DNA from: an uncultured virus (IMG/VR IMGVR_UViG_3300027963_000045)
Taxonomy: Duplodnaviria; Heunggongvirae; Uroviricota; Caudoviricetes
Virus record (IMG/VR): IMGVR_UViG_3300027963_000045
Length of the DNA stretch: 64,000 bases
Strand: one strand, 5' to 3'
Under the pieces are notes generated by a model. It did not search any database. It was given only the letters and a program-made list of their open reading frames with translations, and was not told the DNA's origin. The translations under genes and the position numbers were made by a program. Shown piece after piece: positions 25,525-35,783 of the stretch (positions are counted from its first letter, which is position 1; every line of letters begins with the position of its first letter).

Positions 25525-26811
25525 ATGTCAGCATCTACTACAGAAAACAAAAAAGAACTAGCAAAAAAGTTTGCTAATCTCATTGGTGAGACTGATCCAA
25601 AAGTGGACCGCGAAGTTCGAGAAAAACTGATAACTGCCCGGGTTGGTATGTTGCTTCGTGCCAGCTTTTTTGGTAATCTTGCTACTCGGTTGAAACTGGT
25701 TAATGCCGATGCTTGGTGCTCTACTGCGGCCACAGACGGCAGAAACTTTTATTATAATTCTCGCTTCATTAAACTGCTCAAGCCCAAAGAAATTGAGTTC
25801 TTGTTTGGGCACGAGGTGTTGCATTGTGTTTACGATCACTTTGGTCGTCGTGGTGAGCGTGATCCACAAATTTGGAACGTGGCCAATGATTATTGTGTCA
25901 ACGCAGACTTGAAGAAACACAAGGTTGGTGAGTTTATTACATCAGTGCCTTGCTTGTACGATTCCAAGTATGACGGCATGAGCTCCGAAGAAGTCTATGA
26001 CAAGATCATGGAAAATGCACAAAAAATTGACATTGGCAAATTGCTAGATCAATTGATTGACGAACACTTGGATGGTGAAGGTGACGAAGATGGCGAGGGT
26101 GACAGCGACGGCAACCAAGATGGCAAAGGTAAGCGTCCAAAACTCAGCGACGAGGATCGTGCCAAGATCCGAGACGAGATCAAAGAAGCTGTACTAAGTG
26201 CCGCACAAACTTGTGATGCTGGTAACTTGCCAGCAGGCGTTAAACGCATGATCAAGGATTTAACTGATCCACAAATGAACTGGCGTGAACTGTTGCGCAT
26301 GCAATTGGAGTCAACTATCAAGAGTGACTACAGTTGGATGCGGGCAAGCCGCAAAGGTTGGCACATGGATGCTGTGATGCCAGGTATGAAAACTACAGAT
26401 GCAATTGATATTGCAGTGGCCATTGATACTTCCGGCTCTATTAGTTCTGACCAGTGCAAAGACTTCTTGAGTGAAATCAAGGGTATCATGGAATCGTTTG
26501 ATTCTTATCGTATTCATGTGTTTACATTTGACACCGAAACTTATAATCCTCAACAATACGACAGCGAGAATCTTGACGACATTGCCGAGTATGACATCCA
26601 GGGTGGTGGTGGTACTGACTTTGACTCTATCTTCCGCTATCTTAAGAGTGCCGAAATTGAGCCCAAGAAGCTGGTAGTGTTCACAGACGGTTATCCGTTT
26701 GGTAGCTGGGGCGATGCCAACTACTGTGATACATGCTGGATCATTCATGGTGACCGAAATCCAGAACCACCATTTGGTACCTGGGCCTTGTACGGCGAAG
26801 GCGACGACTAA
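25525..26811 (+). CDS. Metallopeptidase-like + VWA domain protein (DUF2201-type partner of MoxR)
   Basis: TAATDG, HEVLH (HExxH), DTSGS MIDAS, GGGGTDF, FTDGY. Confidence 0.9.
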   Translation: MSASTTENKKELAKKFANLIGETDPKVDREVREKLITARVGMLLRASFFGNLATRLKLVNADAWCSTAATDGRNFYYNSRFIKLLKPKEIEFLFGHEVLHCVYDHFGRRGERDPQIWNVANDYCVNADLKKHKVGEFITSVPCLYDSKYDGMSSEEVYDKIMENAQKIDIGKLLDQLIDEHLDGEGDEDGEGDSDGNQDGKGKRPKLSDEDRAKIRDEIKEAVLSAAQTCDAGNLPAGVKRMIKDLTDPQMNWRELLRMQLESTIKSDYSWMRASRKGWHMDAVMPGMKTTDAIDIAVAIDTSGSISSDQCKDFLSEIKGIMESFDSYRIHVFTFDTETYNPQQYDSENLDDIAEYDIQGGGGTDFDSIFRYLKSAEIEPKKLVVFTDGYPFGSWGDANYCDTCWIIHGDRNPEPPFGTWALYGEGDD

Positions 26812-26880
26812 TTTCTCCAGAATTGCTTTTAAACCTGGGGATTTTTTAATTCCTGGGTTTTAATTTTATTAAATATTAAC

Positions 26881-27096
26881 ATGGAAAATCCTGCACAACT
26901 TACAGTCGTAGACTTAGACAGTCTCAAAGACATCATCAATATTGCATGCCAACGCGGCGCCTTTCAAGCCAATGAAATGAAATCCATTGGCGAGGTATAC
27001 GAACGCCTTGATTCGTTTTTAACTGCAATCAAAACTCAAGCACAAGCTCAAGTCGAAGCTCAATCGGCCACCCAACAAGGAGAAACAAATGATTAA
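26881..27096 (+). CDS. Hypothetical protein
   Basis: ORF preceded by TAAATA. Confidence 0.7.
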   Translation: MENPAQLTVVDLDSLKDIINIACQRGAFQANEMKSIGEVYERLDSFLTAIKTQAQAQVEAQSATQQGETND

Positions 27097-27793
27097 ACAT
27101 ATCGGTAAACACGGTGATCGAAAGGTTGCTATTGTATTTCGGGAGGTGCCCGGCGAAGAGCACATGGCGTTGGTGGTTTACACTGAAACTCTACCGGTTT
27201 CAATGCATGACTCGTTGATGTCAACTATTGAGAGTCCCACTGCACAAACTGCTGAGAATCTCGGAGATGCGTTATTCCGTAGCTTGTTTCCAGACGGACG
27301 TCCGATGCTACAAACATTCCACTCCGAAGGAATGTTAAAGAAAGTACAAGCCAAACAAATTGTTGTTACACCAAATCCATCAAGTCATGTAAATCTTGAT
27401 GAAATGAATCGTATCATCCGTGAGATGAAAACTGGCGAAGATGCTATTCGACGCATGGCCGATTTAGACAACAACCGCGGCATCACTGGCAAGGTACGTC
27501 AACGTGATGATTACGGTCGTGAGATTGGTGCGCCAATTGATCAAGTACGTCAGGGATCTAATGCAGTGGCCGGCTCTGATGCCGCAAGAGCTCTAGACGA
27601 CGTAGCTCTTGCCAATAACTTCCGAGCACAAGCAGAACGCATGGCTGCCGAGGCAAAGGGCCTATTGGCCGAGAGTGCCAGATTGATGAAGGAAGCCGCA
27701 ATAATGAGCGGAACCCCAGCTCCAAGACCCGAAGGTGCACCACGTCGTGGTCGTCCTCCCAAGGCACAGGTGGCTGCGGATGCAGTTAACTGA
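27089..27793 (+). CDS. Hypothetical protein with C-terminal AT-hook-like RRGRPPK
   Basis: AGGAG RBS; 234 aa. Confidence 0.75.
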   Translation: MIKHIGKHGDRKVAIVFREVPGEEHMALVVYTETLPVSMHDSLMSTIESPTAQTAENLGDALFRSLFPDGRPMLQTFHSEGMLKKVQAKQIVVTPNPSSHVNLDEMNRIIREMKTGEDAIRRMADLDNNRGITGKVRQRDDYGREIGAPIDQVRQGSNAVAGSDAARALDDVALANNFRAQAERMAAEAKGLLAESARLMKEAAIMSGTPAPRPEGAPRRGRPPKAQVAADAVN

Positions 27794-28082
27794 AGACTGG
27801 CTAAAACGATGGGAAGAGGTCATTGAACAAGTTGACAAAGACCATGTTCCCCTCGAGTGCGTTAAAAAAGTTATTTTCCGCATCACTGGCGGGAAACAAA
27901 AAACTATAAATCTGCGTAGGCTAAAAGAACAAGGCCTAGACGGAGATGCTGTTCATGATCTAGTTGATAAATTTGTTCAAGAAAATTCTGAATTTATCAC
28001 CAACATGGAATTTGTGTTAGACATTGAGGCAGTTGCTCAACTGCTACAGCCCGAAACTGATAACCTTTTAAAGAATCTATGA
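27780..28082 (+). CDS. Hypothetical protein
   Basis: Overlap-coupled ORF starting MQLTEDW. Confidence 0.7.
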   Translation: MQLTEDWLKRWEEVIEQVDKDHVPLECVKKVIFRITGGKQKTINLRRLKEQGLDGDAVHDLVDKFVQENSEFITNMEFVLDIEAVAQLLQPETDNLLKNL

Positions 28083-28771
28083 ATGTCAAACTTCTCTCTT
28101 TTAGCCAACCTACACACGAGTTTGCAGACATGGGAATTGACAATGCTCAAGAGCTTATTGCATACTGTGCCCGGGTCTCTAATCCCGCGAATCAATTCAA
28201 CACCGAAACAAGCGAACGACTCATTCGGTACCTTGTCACCCACCAGCACTGGAGCCCGCTAGAAATGGTATCAGCCTGTTGCGAAATTGTCACCACAAGG
28301 GATATTGCTAGACAAATACTACGTCACCGAAGCTTTTCCTTTCAAGAGTTCTCCCAGCGATATGCTGATCCAACTGCCGAGCTTGACGATGCGTTTGTGA
28401 TAAGAGAAGCTAGGTTCCAGGACACCAAGAATCGACAAAACAGCATAGAGTTTGATCAAACCGATGAACAACAACGTCTATTAGCCATTGAGTGGGAACG
28501 AGCTCAAAAACGTGTGTTGTTTTCAGTTAAACAAGAATACTCTTGGGCTATCAAAAACGGTATCGCCAAGGAGCAAGCTCGTGCTGTGTTACCCGAAGGG
28601 CTCACAGTGAGTCGTATGTACATGAATGGCACATTGCGTAGTTGGATTCACTTTATTCAATTGCGCAGTGGTAATGGTACACAAAAAGAGCATCAACAAA
28701 TCGCTCTTGCATGTGCCAAAGTTATTGCCGCAATTTTCCCAATGGCAACAGACTTGGTTGCCCAAGACTAA
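28079..28771 (+). CDS. thyX: FAD-dependent thymidylate synthase
   Basis: HWSPLE, RHRSFSFQEFSQRY, EQARAVLP. Confidence 0.95.
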   Translation: MNVKLLSFSQPTHEFADMGIDNAQELIAYCARVSNPANQFNTETSERLIRYLVTHQHWSPLEMVSACCEIVTTRDIARQILRHRSFSFQEFSQRYADPTAELDDAFVIREARFQDTKNRQNSIEFDQTDEQQRLLAIEWERAQKRVLFSVKQEYSWAIKNGIAKEQARAVLPEGLTVSRMYMNGTLRSWIHFIQLRSGNGTQKEHQQIALACAKVIAAIFPMATDLVAQD

Positions 28772-28791
28772 TCCTTGTGCTAAACTAGCGT

Positions 28792-29139
28792 ATGGCAATA
28801 ACACATCTAGATCAATCAAAGCACTGGCGAGCCGAAGAGGTAAAAATCATCGGCGATCGTGCTGTGAGGTTTAGCGATGTATGCGTACATGAATTCTCAG
28901 TAGGCGATGTTGAAGATCATGAATTCTCTATAGGTGATGTCGAAGGTCCTGAAATCTATGCCGCTGGTCCATTATGGGATTGGCAAGAGTCTGACGCAGG
29001 CAAGTGGATTATGGAGAACGCTGTTGAAAAACCGTACTACATAAAGACATTAGATTATAATTCCCGGAGGCATCGATACAAAATCATGGCTCGACTCAAC
29101 GAGCAAGATCAAACTTATTGGAAGTTGAAATACGAATGA
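28792..29139 (+). CDS. Hypothetical protein with internal 10-aa duplication
   Basis: HEFSVGDVED HEFSIGDVEG. Confidence 0.7.
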   Translation: MAITHLDQSKHWRAEEVKIIGDRAVRFSDVCVHEFSVGDVEDHEFSIGDVEGPEIYAAGPLWDWQESDAGKWIMENAVEKPYYIKTLDYNSRRHRYKIMARLNEQDQTYWKLKYE

Positions 29140-30116
29140 ATATACTAGTAACAGGTGGATTAGGTCTTATTGGACACAATGTAGTTAAACGTTTGCAAGA
29201 TGCTGGACATCTTGTTTCTATTATGGATACTAAAACAAACTATGGTATCATCCCTCAAGATGAAATTGATTACTTGATGGCCGAACGTAGAAAGAAAATC
29301 GCAGTAGCTAGCTATATCTATGATAGAGACATCTGTGATGCACAATCAGTTGACCATGTGTTCAACGTAGAGCAACCAGAGATTGTGATTCACATGGCCA
29401 GCTTTCCAAGACAAAAAGTAGTTAATGCAAATCCTGCATGGGGAAGTCGTGTTATGAGTGAAGGCTTGCTCAATTTGCTAGAAGCCAGCGACAAATACGA
29501 TGTGCGTAAGTTTATCTACATCAGTAGTTCAATGGTGTACGGTGACTTCACCGATGATGTAACAGAAGATTACGACTGCAAACCACAAGGTCAATATGGT
29601 ATTATGAAACTTGCCGGCGAGTGGCTAGTTAAAGACTATACACGTAGAACTAATCTTGTTCATACTATTATTCGTCCCAGTGCTGTATACGGTGAACTAG
29701 ACGTTGAAGATAGGGTTATTGCCAAATTCATGCTTACTGCTATGCGAGGAGGTACATTGAATGTCAATGGTGCCAACGAAACACTAGACTTTACCTACGT
29801 TGAAGATGCTGCCGATGGTATTGTTGGCGCCGCATTAAGCGACAATACAGAAAACAAAACTTACAATATCACTAAGTCACATAGCAGAACATTGCTTGAT
29901 GCCGCACAATTAGCAGTAAAATACGCAGGCAAAGGCTCAATCAATGTGCGTGACAAAGACGCAGACTTCCCAAGTCGTGGCGCATTAAACATTGATGCCG
30001 CTCGTAGAGACTTTGGCTACGATCCTAAGGTAGACGTAGAAGAAGGCTTTCAAAAGTATTATGCATGGCTTAGCAAGTCAGCATTTTGGTCAACTACATT
30101 AAAGGAAAAATTATGA
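29136..30116 (+). CDS. NAD-dependent epimerase/dehydratase (extended SDR)
   Basis: TGGLGLIG, SSSMVYG, YGIMK, DFTYVED. Confidence 0.92.
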   Translation: MNILVTGGLGLIGHNVVKRLQDAGHLVSIMDTKTNYGIIPQDEIDYLMAERRKKIAVASYIYDRDICDAQSVDHVFNVEQPEIVIHMASFPRQKVVNANPAWGSRVMSEGLLNLLEASDKYDVRKFIYISSSMVYGDFTDDVTEDYDCKPQGQYGIMKLAGEWLVKDYTRRTNLVHTIIRPSAVYGELDVEDRVIAKFMLTAMRGGTLNVNGANETLDFTYVEDAADGIVGAALSDNTENKTYNITKSHSRTLLDAAQLAVKYAGKGSINVRDKDADFPSRGALNIDAARRDFGYDPKVDVEEGFQKYYAWLSKSAFWSTTLKEKL

Positions 30117-31084
30117 ACGTATTAGTAACAGGCGGTCTCGGCCTTATCGGACATCGTGTGGTACACTCGTTAGAGAAGCGTGGTCACCAGGTGACCATTA
30201 TTGATAACAAAACCAACTACTTTGATTTTGTTTCTCAAAAAGAATTAGACATATTGCATCAAGAGCGACTGTCTACAATTAAAACTCGTGATATTCACTA
30301 TGTTGATGTTCGCAACACACAACAAATCAATCCAATCATAGAACTGGTCAAGCCTGAAATTGTATTTGACTTAGGCACAAACGGTCGCCAACACCAACTG
30401 CGTGAACAGCCAGTGGATGGCACCGCCACTATGACCATTGGTCCGGTCAATGTTCTTGAAGCCTGCGTTAAACACAAAGTTCGTCGATATGTGTTTGCCA
30501 GTTCTCCTCTGGTGTATGGACGTTATGAAGCCAATGTCAAGGAAGATGCTCCCAAAGATCCGTACAGTATTTTTGGGGTATGGAAGCTGGCCAATGAATA
30601 CTTGGCAAAAGATTATGCTCGACGCTTTGGACTAGAGTACACTATTTGTCGATTCAGTCAAATATATGGTCCCATGGACATGGACAATCGTAACATGAGC
30701 AGACTTTGTACAGCGGCCCTCAAAGGTGGAGTGTTGCGTGTAAAAGGCAATGATGTTATCGATCATACCTATGTTGATGATGCTGCCGAAGGCATGGTAA
30801 TGGCTGCCCTAAGTGAGATTGGCCGAAATAAAATTTATAATATCACTGCCAGCGAGCCGTCTACGTATCGTGAAGCTGCCGAGCTGGTTGTTAAAATTGC
30901 TGGCCAAGGCACAATTGAAATGGTGCCGCCAGATCCTGAATTCGCTGGCCCACGTGGTCCGGTTAACTGCGACCTTGTGCGTTCAGAACTGGGCTGGGAA
31001 CCAAAGACCACACTTGAACAAGGTATAAAAAATATGTTTACCTGGTTAAATAACTCTCCTTACTGGTCTCAAGTAATACGATAA
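30113..31084 (+). CDS. Second NAD-dependent epimerase/dehydratase paralog (FxxxK)
   Basis: TGGLGLIG, ASSPLVYG, FGVWK. Confidence 0.88.
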   Translation: MNVLVTGGLGLIGHRVVHSLEKRGHQVTIIDNKTNYFDFVSQKELDILHQERLSTIKTRDIHYVDVRNTQQINPIIELVKPEIVFDLGTNGRQHQLREQPVDGTATMTIGPVNVLEACVKHKVRRYVFASSPLVYGRYEANVKEDAPKDPYSIFGVWKLANEYLAKDYARRFGLEYTICRFSQIYGPMDMDNRNMSRLCTAALKGGVLRVKGNDVIDHTYVDDAAEGMVMAALSEIGRNKIYNITASEPSTYREAAELVVKIAGQGTIEMVPPDPEFAGPRGPVNCDLVRSELGWEPKTTLEQGIKNMFTWLNNSPYWSQVIR

Positions 31085-31093
31085 CAACGTTAT

Positions 31094-32194
31094 ATGACCG
31101 TACTTACTATACCGTTTACTGGTCTTCGAAAACAATACAACAATCTACGAACTGAGATATTGGCTGCTACTGACAAGGTGTTGCGTAGCGGCCAACTCAT
31201 GAATGGTAACTGTACTGCTGAATTCGAAAACTGGCTAGCAAATAAAAACGGCGTCAAATATGCTGTAACTTGTCACTCAGGTACAGGCGCATTAGAAGTA
31301 CTAGCCGAGTATCACTATCAAAGATTGAGCACCAACACTGCTCAACCAACTGTACTCATACCCACGTTTACCTATGCAGCCACAGCCAATGCATTTATAA
31401 GAGCTGGCTGGAATGTTATTTTAGTTGATACTGATTCATACGGTGTGCTAGATGTAACAAAAATTCCCGATGTTGAATACCATGTTGTTTGCCTGGTTGG
31501 ATTGTATGGCCTAGCAGTCACTCATCATGGTACAGCTAAGATTTGGGAAGAATGGCTGTACAAGAATGTCACAGTAATTGAAGATGCCGCACAACATTGG
31601 CTATCAGCTGATTGCAAGCGTGTTGGCAATGCAGCCGCTATCAGTTTTGATCCAATGAAAAATTTACCTTGTTACGGCAATGGTGGTGCTATAGTTACTG
31701 ATAGCAACGAATTGTTGCATTTTGCTCGCGCCTGGCGAGACAACGGAAAGTCTACTCATATCAACACAGGCACAAATAGTCGTATGAGTGAGCTTGATTG
31801 CGCACATATGATGGTAAAAGCACAATACATTGATCAGTGGCAAGAGCGCAGAAAGAAGATTGCAACACACTGGATTGATCGGTTAAAGCCCCACAGTGAC
31901 ATTTGGACATTGATTGATGTACATAATTCTCACAATCATGCATTTCATAAATTTGTAATATACGTTTCAAGTAGAGATACATTGCAACGCAACCTTGCAT
32001 TGCGCAAAATTGAAACCAAGATACACTATGCACAGCCCTTGCACGAAGTAGGTGTATTTAGAAATTTACAAGGTCCTGACATACTATCTAGTGCCAGCTC
32101 GTTGGCACGTGGTGTGTTGAGTTTACCTATCTATCCAGAACTAACAGATCTAGAAGTTGAATATATTATAGATCAAGTTATTGACTGTGCTTAA
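31094..32194 (+). CDS. DegT/DnrJ/EryC1/StrS PLP aminotransferase
   Basis: SGTGAL, IEDAAQ, SFDPMKNL..YGNGG, LSLPIYP. Confidence 0.93.
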   Translation: MTVLTIPFTGLRKQYNNLRTEILAATDKVLRSGQLMNGNCTAEFENWLANKNGVKYAVTCHSGTGALEVLAEYHYQRLSTNTAQPTVLIPTFTYAATANAFIRAGWNVILVDTDSYGVLDVTKIPDVEYHVVCLVGLYGLAVTHHGTAKIWEEWLYKNVTVIEDAAQHWLSADCKRVGNAAAISFDPMKNLPCYGNGGAIVTDSNELLHFARAWRDNGKSTHINTGTNSRMSELDCAHMMVKAQYIDQWQERRKKIATHWIDRLKPHSDIWTLIDVHNSHNHAFHKFVIYVSSRDTLQRNLALRKIETKIHYAQPLHEVGVFRNLQGPDILSSASSLARGVLSLPIYPELTDLEVEYIIDQVIDCA

Positions 32195-33057
32195 TAATCT
32201 TTAGACTTCCATTCAAACACCGCATCAGCTAGTTCTTTGGTGTTTGTTGGAAATTGGTCTTGAATCAATATTGGTAAATCGTAACATCTAAAAATGTTTA
32301 CTAATTGATGTGCAATCCAAGCTTCTTCTATGATGTTCAGTTTAATAGGAGTATTCTTGCCTGCTAGAATATCTTCGAGTACTTGATTGCATTTAATTTG
32401 CGAGTGGTATCCTTGATTTACTTTCAAGAATTCTTGATGCAATTTACTAAGATGTACTGTTGGATAAAAATTAAGATTCTGGAAGTTGGCAATTTTGTTT
32501 AGTTCAAGATAAAATTGTGTCCAATCAAAGAACGCACTGAATGGAAATACATGTATATCATTTGGTGTAGCAGGATCAAACTCCGAGTACATATCATACC
32601 CATACTCAGTATTCTCAAACATTGAATAAAAGTAATTTCTCATTTGAGATCTTGGGTACACTGACCTTTCACCAAACTCTTTGAGTATCATGTCTAGAAA
32701 AGGTTGCGCCTTGGGCAATTGTTTAAGCTTGTTAATTGTGTCAATTTCAAACTCTTCTAAGTCAACTGTTTGATCTCCTGCTCGTAAAAAGCTATTAGAT
32801 ACTGCAATTAGCATATCCTTTTGTGAAGGTACAATGCGTACCACACGGTCATTGTGATCAAAAGGAACATTGTAATACGACCAATGATATGCCTTTACTA
32901 TAGAACGATAACCACTACAAGAATTTTTAACATGGCAAGCACCTGTATCCGTAAACATAGGCCTGTTGACATCAAACCCATTTTGCCAAATAAAAACATT
33001 GACCACTAGCTCAAGATAGTGCCCGTGCAGTCCCCCAAAGAAATCAATTTTGTCCAT
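32191..33057 (-). CDS. Hypothetical protein
   Basis: 288-aa ORF, overlap-coupled. Confidence 0.7.
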   Translation of the reverse strand: MDKIDFFGGLHGHYLELVVNVFIWQNGFDVNRPMFTDTGACHVKNSCSGYRSIVKAYHWSYYNVPFDHNDRVVRIVPSQKDMLIAVSNSFLRAGDQTVDLEEFEIDTINKLKQLPKAQPFLDMILKEFGERSVYPRSQMRNYFYSMFENTEYGYDMYSEFDPATPNDIHVFPFSAFFDWTQFYLELNKIANFQNLNFYPTVHLSKLHQEFLKVNQGYHSQIKCNQVLEDILAGKNTPIKLNIIEEAWIAHQLVNIFRCYDLPILIQDQFPTNTKELADAVFEWKSKDY

Positions 33058-34675
33058 CGGGTATTAATTTTCTTTTTATAAATGCATAGCTAGCCAGCCA
33101 CTCCCACTCGTAGCTCTTTTTCAGTGCATCAAAGTCACCACCTACTTCTTTGTAATACTCTAGAGCATCTTCTGCACCCCAGCGACTCCACTCCTCATTG
33201 ACAATCTGCATACTACCGGGATTGGTGTTTAGCCACTGAGACAATCTATATTCGTTTTCAACGTCTGGCAAACTGGCTCGTAGTTTAAGTGCTTCTCGGA
33301 ACGCTGTTCTCCAAGCTATCCAAGGCGATGTATTATATATCGCAGTGCCACTTGATATGGGTACTACTTCGTGTGCGCTGTCTAGTGTAAAGTCCAGTCC
33401 TCGACCAGTGTTGGTCAACACTAGTTGTTTGTTGTAGGCAATCATGGCCTGATGTCCGTACTCTAGTCCGTTAACAGGATTGTGAGCATGAAAAATATAG
33501 TGCTTGGGTTCTTGCATGCGATCTGGTTGCCAAGTCCAATCAAATTTTTCATTTACAAATAGCTTGGCAAACACTGCAAAGAACCATGGTGTTGTACTAG
33601 ATTCGGCAGCCGCATGGTACGCTGCCACACGACCGTTGACGTTTTGCACACGGTTGATTCTGTATCCGCTGTTACTTAAAACATTACCTCCCACACAGTT
33701 AACCAAGTGTTGGTACGTGTCTTCGGCCATGGTCTCGCCGTTGCTGATGAACACAATGTCTAGGGGCCGGGCTTTGAGATAAATTTTACTTTTATCTATG
33801 TAAGGATAATCGTACACTTGGTTCTTGATATAATTTTTACATTCTCTGGGCACCACTGCTGTACCGTGGCCGTTACTCAATGGCACAACTGTTTTGGTGC
33901 GCTCTTGCCACAGGCTTACTGTAGGAGACTGTATGCTCATACCAATTCCTTGATGAAACTGTACCAGGGGTGTTGTAAATTCGTGTTTCCAAATAGCTGT
34001 GGCCAAACTATCATGTGCATATTCAACTTCGGGCATGGGCGATCGAGGAACCGATATGTCTTCAACAAAGTGCAAAGTTTCAAACCATTCTAGAACTTTT
34101 AAATTTTCAATCTTGTTTAAAAAGCTAGGCACATGTACATAAAAAGTATCCCCAAATTTTTGTTCGTTACTGGCAAACACATGCAACATATCTAGTTGCC
34201 ACTCGCTTGGATGCCAAGTAAAATCAAAATTGTTGTAATCACACACATCACTGGTAACCCAGCAATATTCCCAATCAAGTTTGCTCAATGCTCTACGCAT
34301 AGTGCCCAAGTAGTCACTAATATAACGTGCATTTACATCGCCAACATCCGGGCTTGTGGGAGTATGTTTGATATGTAGTCTAGGAGCAGATTTCCTAGGT
34401 ACAGTATGATGGTTGCGGTTGACGTCGGTGTATGTGCCCTGTGGCAGTAACCAAGTGCCACCATTTTCTTGATGTTGGCTGGGCCAAACATGTGCCTGTT
34501 GTGCTTCCCAAGGTTTGGGTTCCCAAAGGAAATCAAAGTCTGTGTAGTCCGATAAGTAATCAACAACCCAACAAAACCTTGTGCGACTACGAGCACATGC
34601 ATCATTAATACTGTCAGCTGGCTGTTCGTGTGGAACCAATCCAGTGGGACGATTTATATAGAATACATCAAACAT
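33044..34675 (-). CDS. Glycosyltransferase-like (GT-A-type) protein
   Basis: DIVFISNGE...AAYHAAA...NPVNGLEYG...WRTAFRE; paralog of 54051..54983. Confidence 0.6.
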   Translation of the reverse strand: MFDVFYINRPTGLVPHEQPADSINDACARSRTRFCWVVDYLSDYTDFDFLWEPKPWEAQQAHVWPSQHQENGGTWLLPQGTYTDVNRNHHTVPRKSAPRLHIKHTPTSPDVGDVNARYISDYLGTMRRALSKLDWEYCWVTSDVCDYNNFDFTWHPSEWQLDMLHVFASNEQKFGDTFYVHVPSFLNKIENLKVLEWFETLHFVEDISVPRSPMPEVEYAHDSLATAIWKHEFTTPLVQFHQGIGMSIQSPTVSLWQERTKTVVPLSNGHGTAVVPRECKNYIKNQVYDYPYIDKSKIYLKARPLDIVFISNGETMAEDTYQHLVNCVGGNVLSNSGYRINRVQNVNGRVAAYHAAAESSTTPWFFAVFAKLFVNEKFDWTWQPDRMQEPKHYIFHAHNPVNGLEYGHQAMIAYNKQLVLTNTGRGLDFTLDSAHEVVPISSGTAIYNTSPWIAWRTAFREALKLRASLPDVENEYRLSQWLNTNPGSMQIVNEEWSRWGAEDALEYYKEVGGDFDALKKSYEWEWLASYAFIKRKLIPDGQN

Positions 34676-35783
34676 GATAAGAATAGACGAGATTTATAAT
34701 AATACTTTCCTACCTTTTATTAAAAAAAACATTGGACATACTCGAATGTTTAACTGCGATCCACCAGGTAAAACTGACCCTGATAGTTTGTGTAACATTG
34801 GTAGTGACAAGCAACAACTTAATTATATATTCTTTCATGACCAAGAGCCAATTCATTTGGACGTACATGCACCGTTATTTGACAGTGTAGTTGAACGAAA
34901 TTTGGATTTAAATTATGGTCAAGGTCCAGCTAAGAAAGCCATTGTTACCAGTGAGTACCGTAGTGAGTTTGTTGACAAAGCATGTGAGCAATATGGATGG
35001 AAACCTTACTATTACTTCTTCCACGGCTGGGCGGCGCTGGACTGGTATAGAGGATACAATCGAACGTATCTAATGCCTTTGCCGCACGAACGTACTATTA
35101 CCAAAACATTTGTTGCTCCCAATCGAATTGTAGCAGGTGCAAGACAACACAGATTGTTGATGTTGTATCATATTTTTAAACGTGGACTTACTGATAACTG
35201 GATTAGTTGTCCCGAAGTTTGTCCGGCAGAGAATATTTCAGTAGTAGAAGCTGCCGCACAGTTGAAGAGAGTATACCCAGATATTGAATCCGTGTTTGCT
35301 CAGCAGACCCTGCCCATTAACTTCCCTGGTGAACATAATTCGCCTATGCACAGTAATTGGTTGAGTTTGTTTGACGAATCAGCTGAAAGTTTGTTGTATC
35401 TTGTTACTGAAACTGTAGCATCGGGACGCAGACAGCACCTAACCGAAAAGTCATTTAAACCAATATGCCTGGGTATGCCATTTGTTATTGTGGGCCCACA
35501 AGGTAGTTTGCAATATCTACGCCAGTATGGGTTTAAAACCTTTGGTGACTTTTGGGATGAACGATACGATACCGAAGTTGATGAAGCACGGCGAATAGAA
35601 AAAATTGCCGACTTACTCACACAGTTAAACTCGTACACTCAAAAACAAAAACAAGACTTGTTTTTAAGCATGCTACCAATTATCAAGCACAATTATGACC
35701 ATTTTTACAATGGTAGGTTTGAAATATTGTTATGGCATGAACTTTCTAGAATGCTTGACCAATTAAAAACAGATTTCACATGA
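34674..35783 (+). CDS. Putative glycosyltransferase (GT10-like C-terminal motif)
   Basis: NR...HR; LVTET...LTEKSFKPI..MPF..GFKTF. Confidence 0.6.
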   Translation: MIRIDEIYNNTFLPFIKKNIGHTRMFNCDPPGKTDPDSLCNIGSDKQQLNYIFFHDQEPIHLDVHAPLFDSVVERNLDLNYGQGPAKKAIVTSEYRSEFVDKACEQYGWKPYYYFFHGWAALDWYRGYNRTYLMPLPHERTITKTFVAPNRIVAGARQHRLLMLYHIFKRGLTDNWISCPEVCPAENISVVEAAAQLKRVYPDIESVFAQQTLPINFPGEHNSPMHSNWLSLFDESAESLLYLVTETVASGRRQHLTEKSFKPICLGMPFVIVGPQGSLQYLRQYGFKTFGDFWDERYDTEVDEARRIEKIADLLTQLNSYTQKQKQDLFLSMLPIIKHNYDHFYNGRFEILLWHELSRMLDQLKTDFT

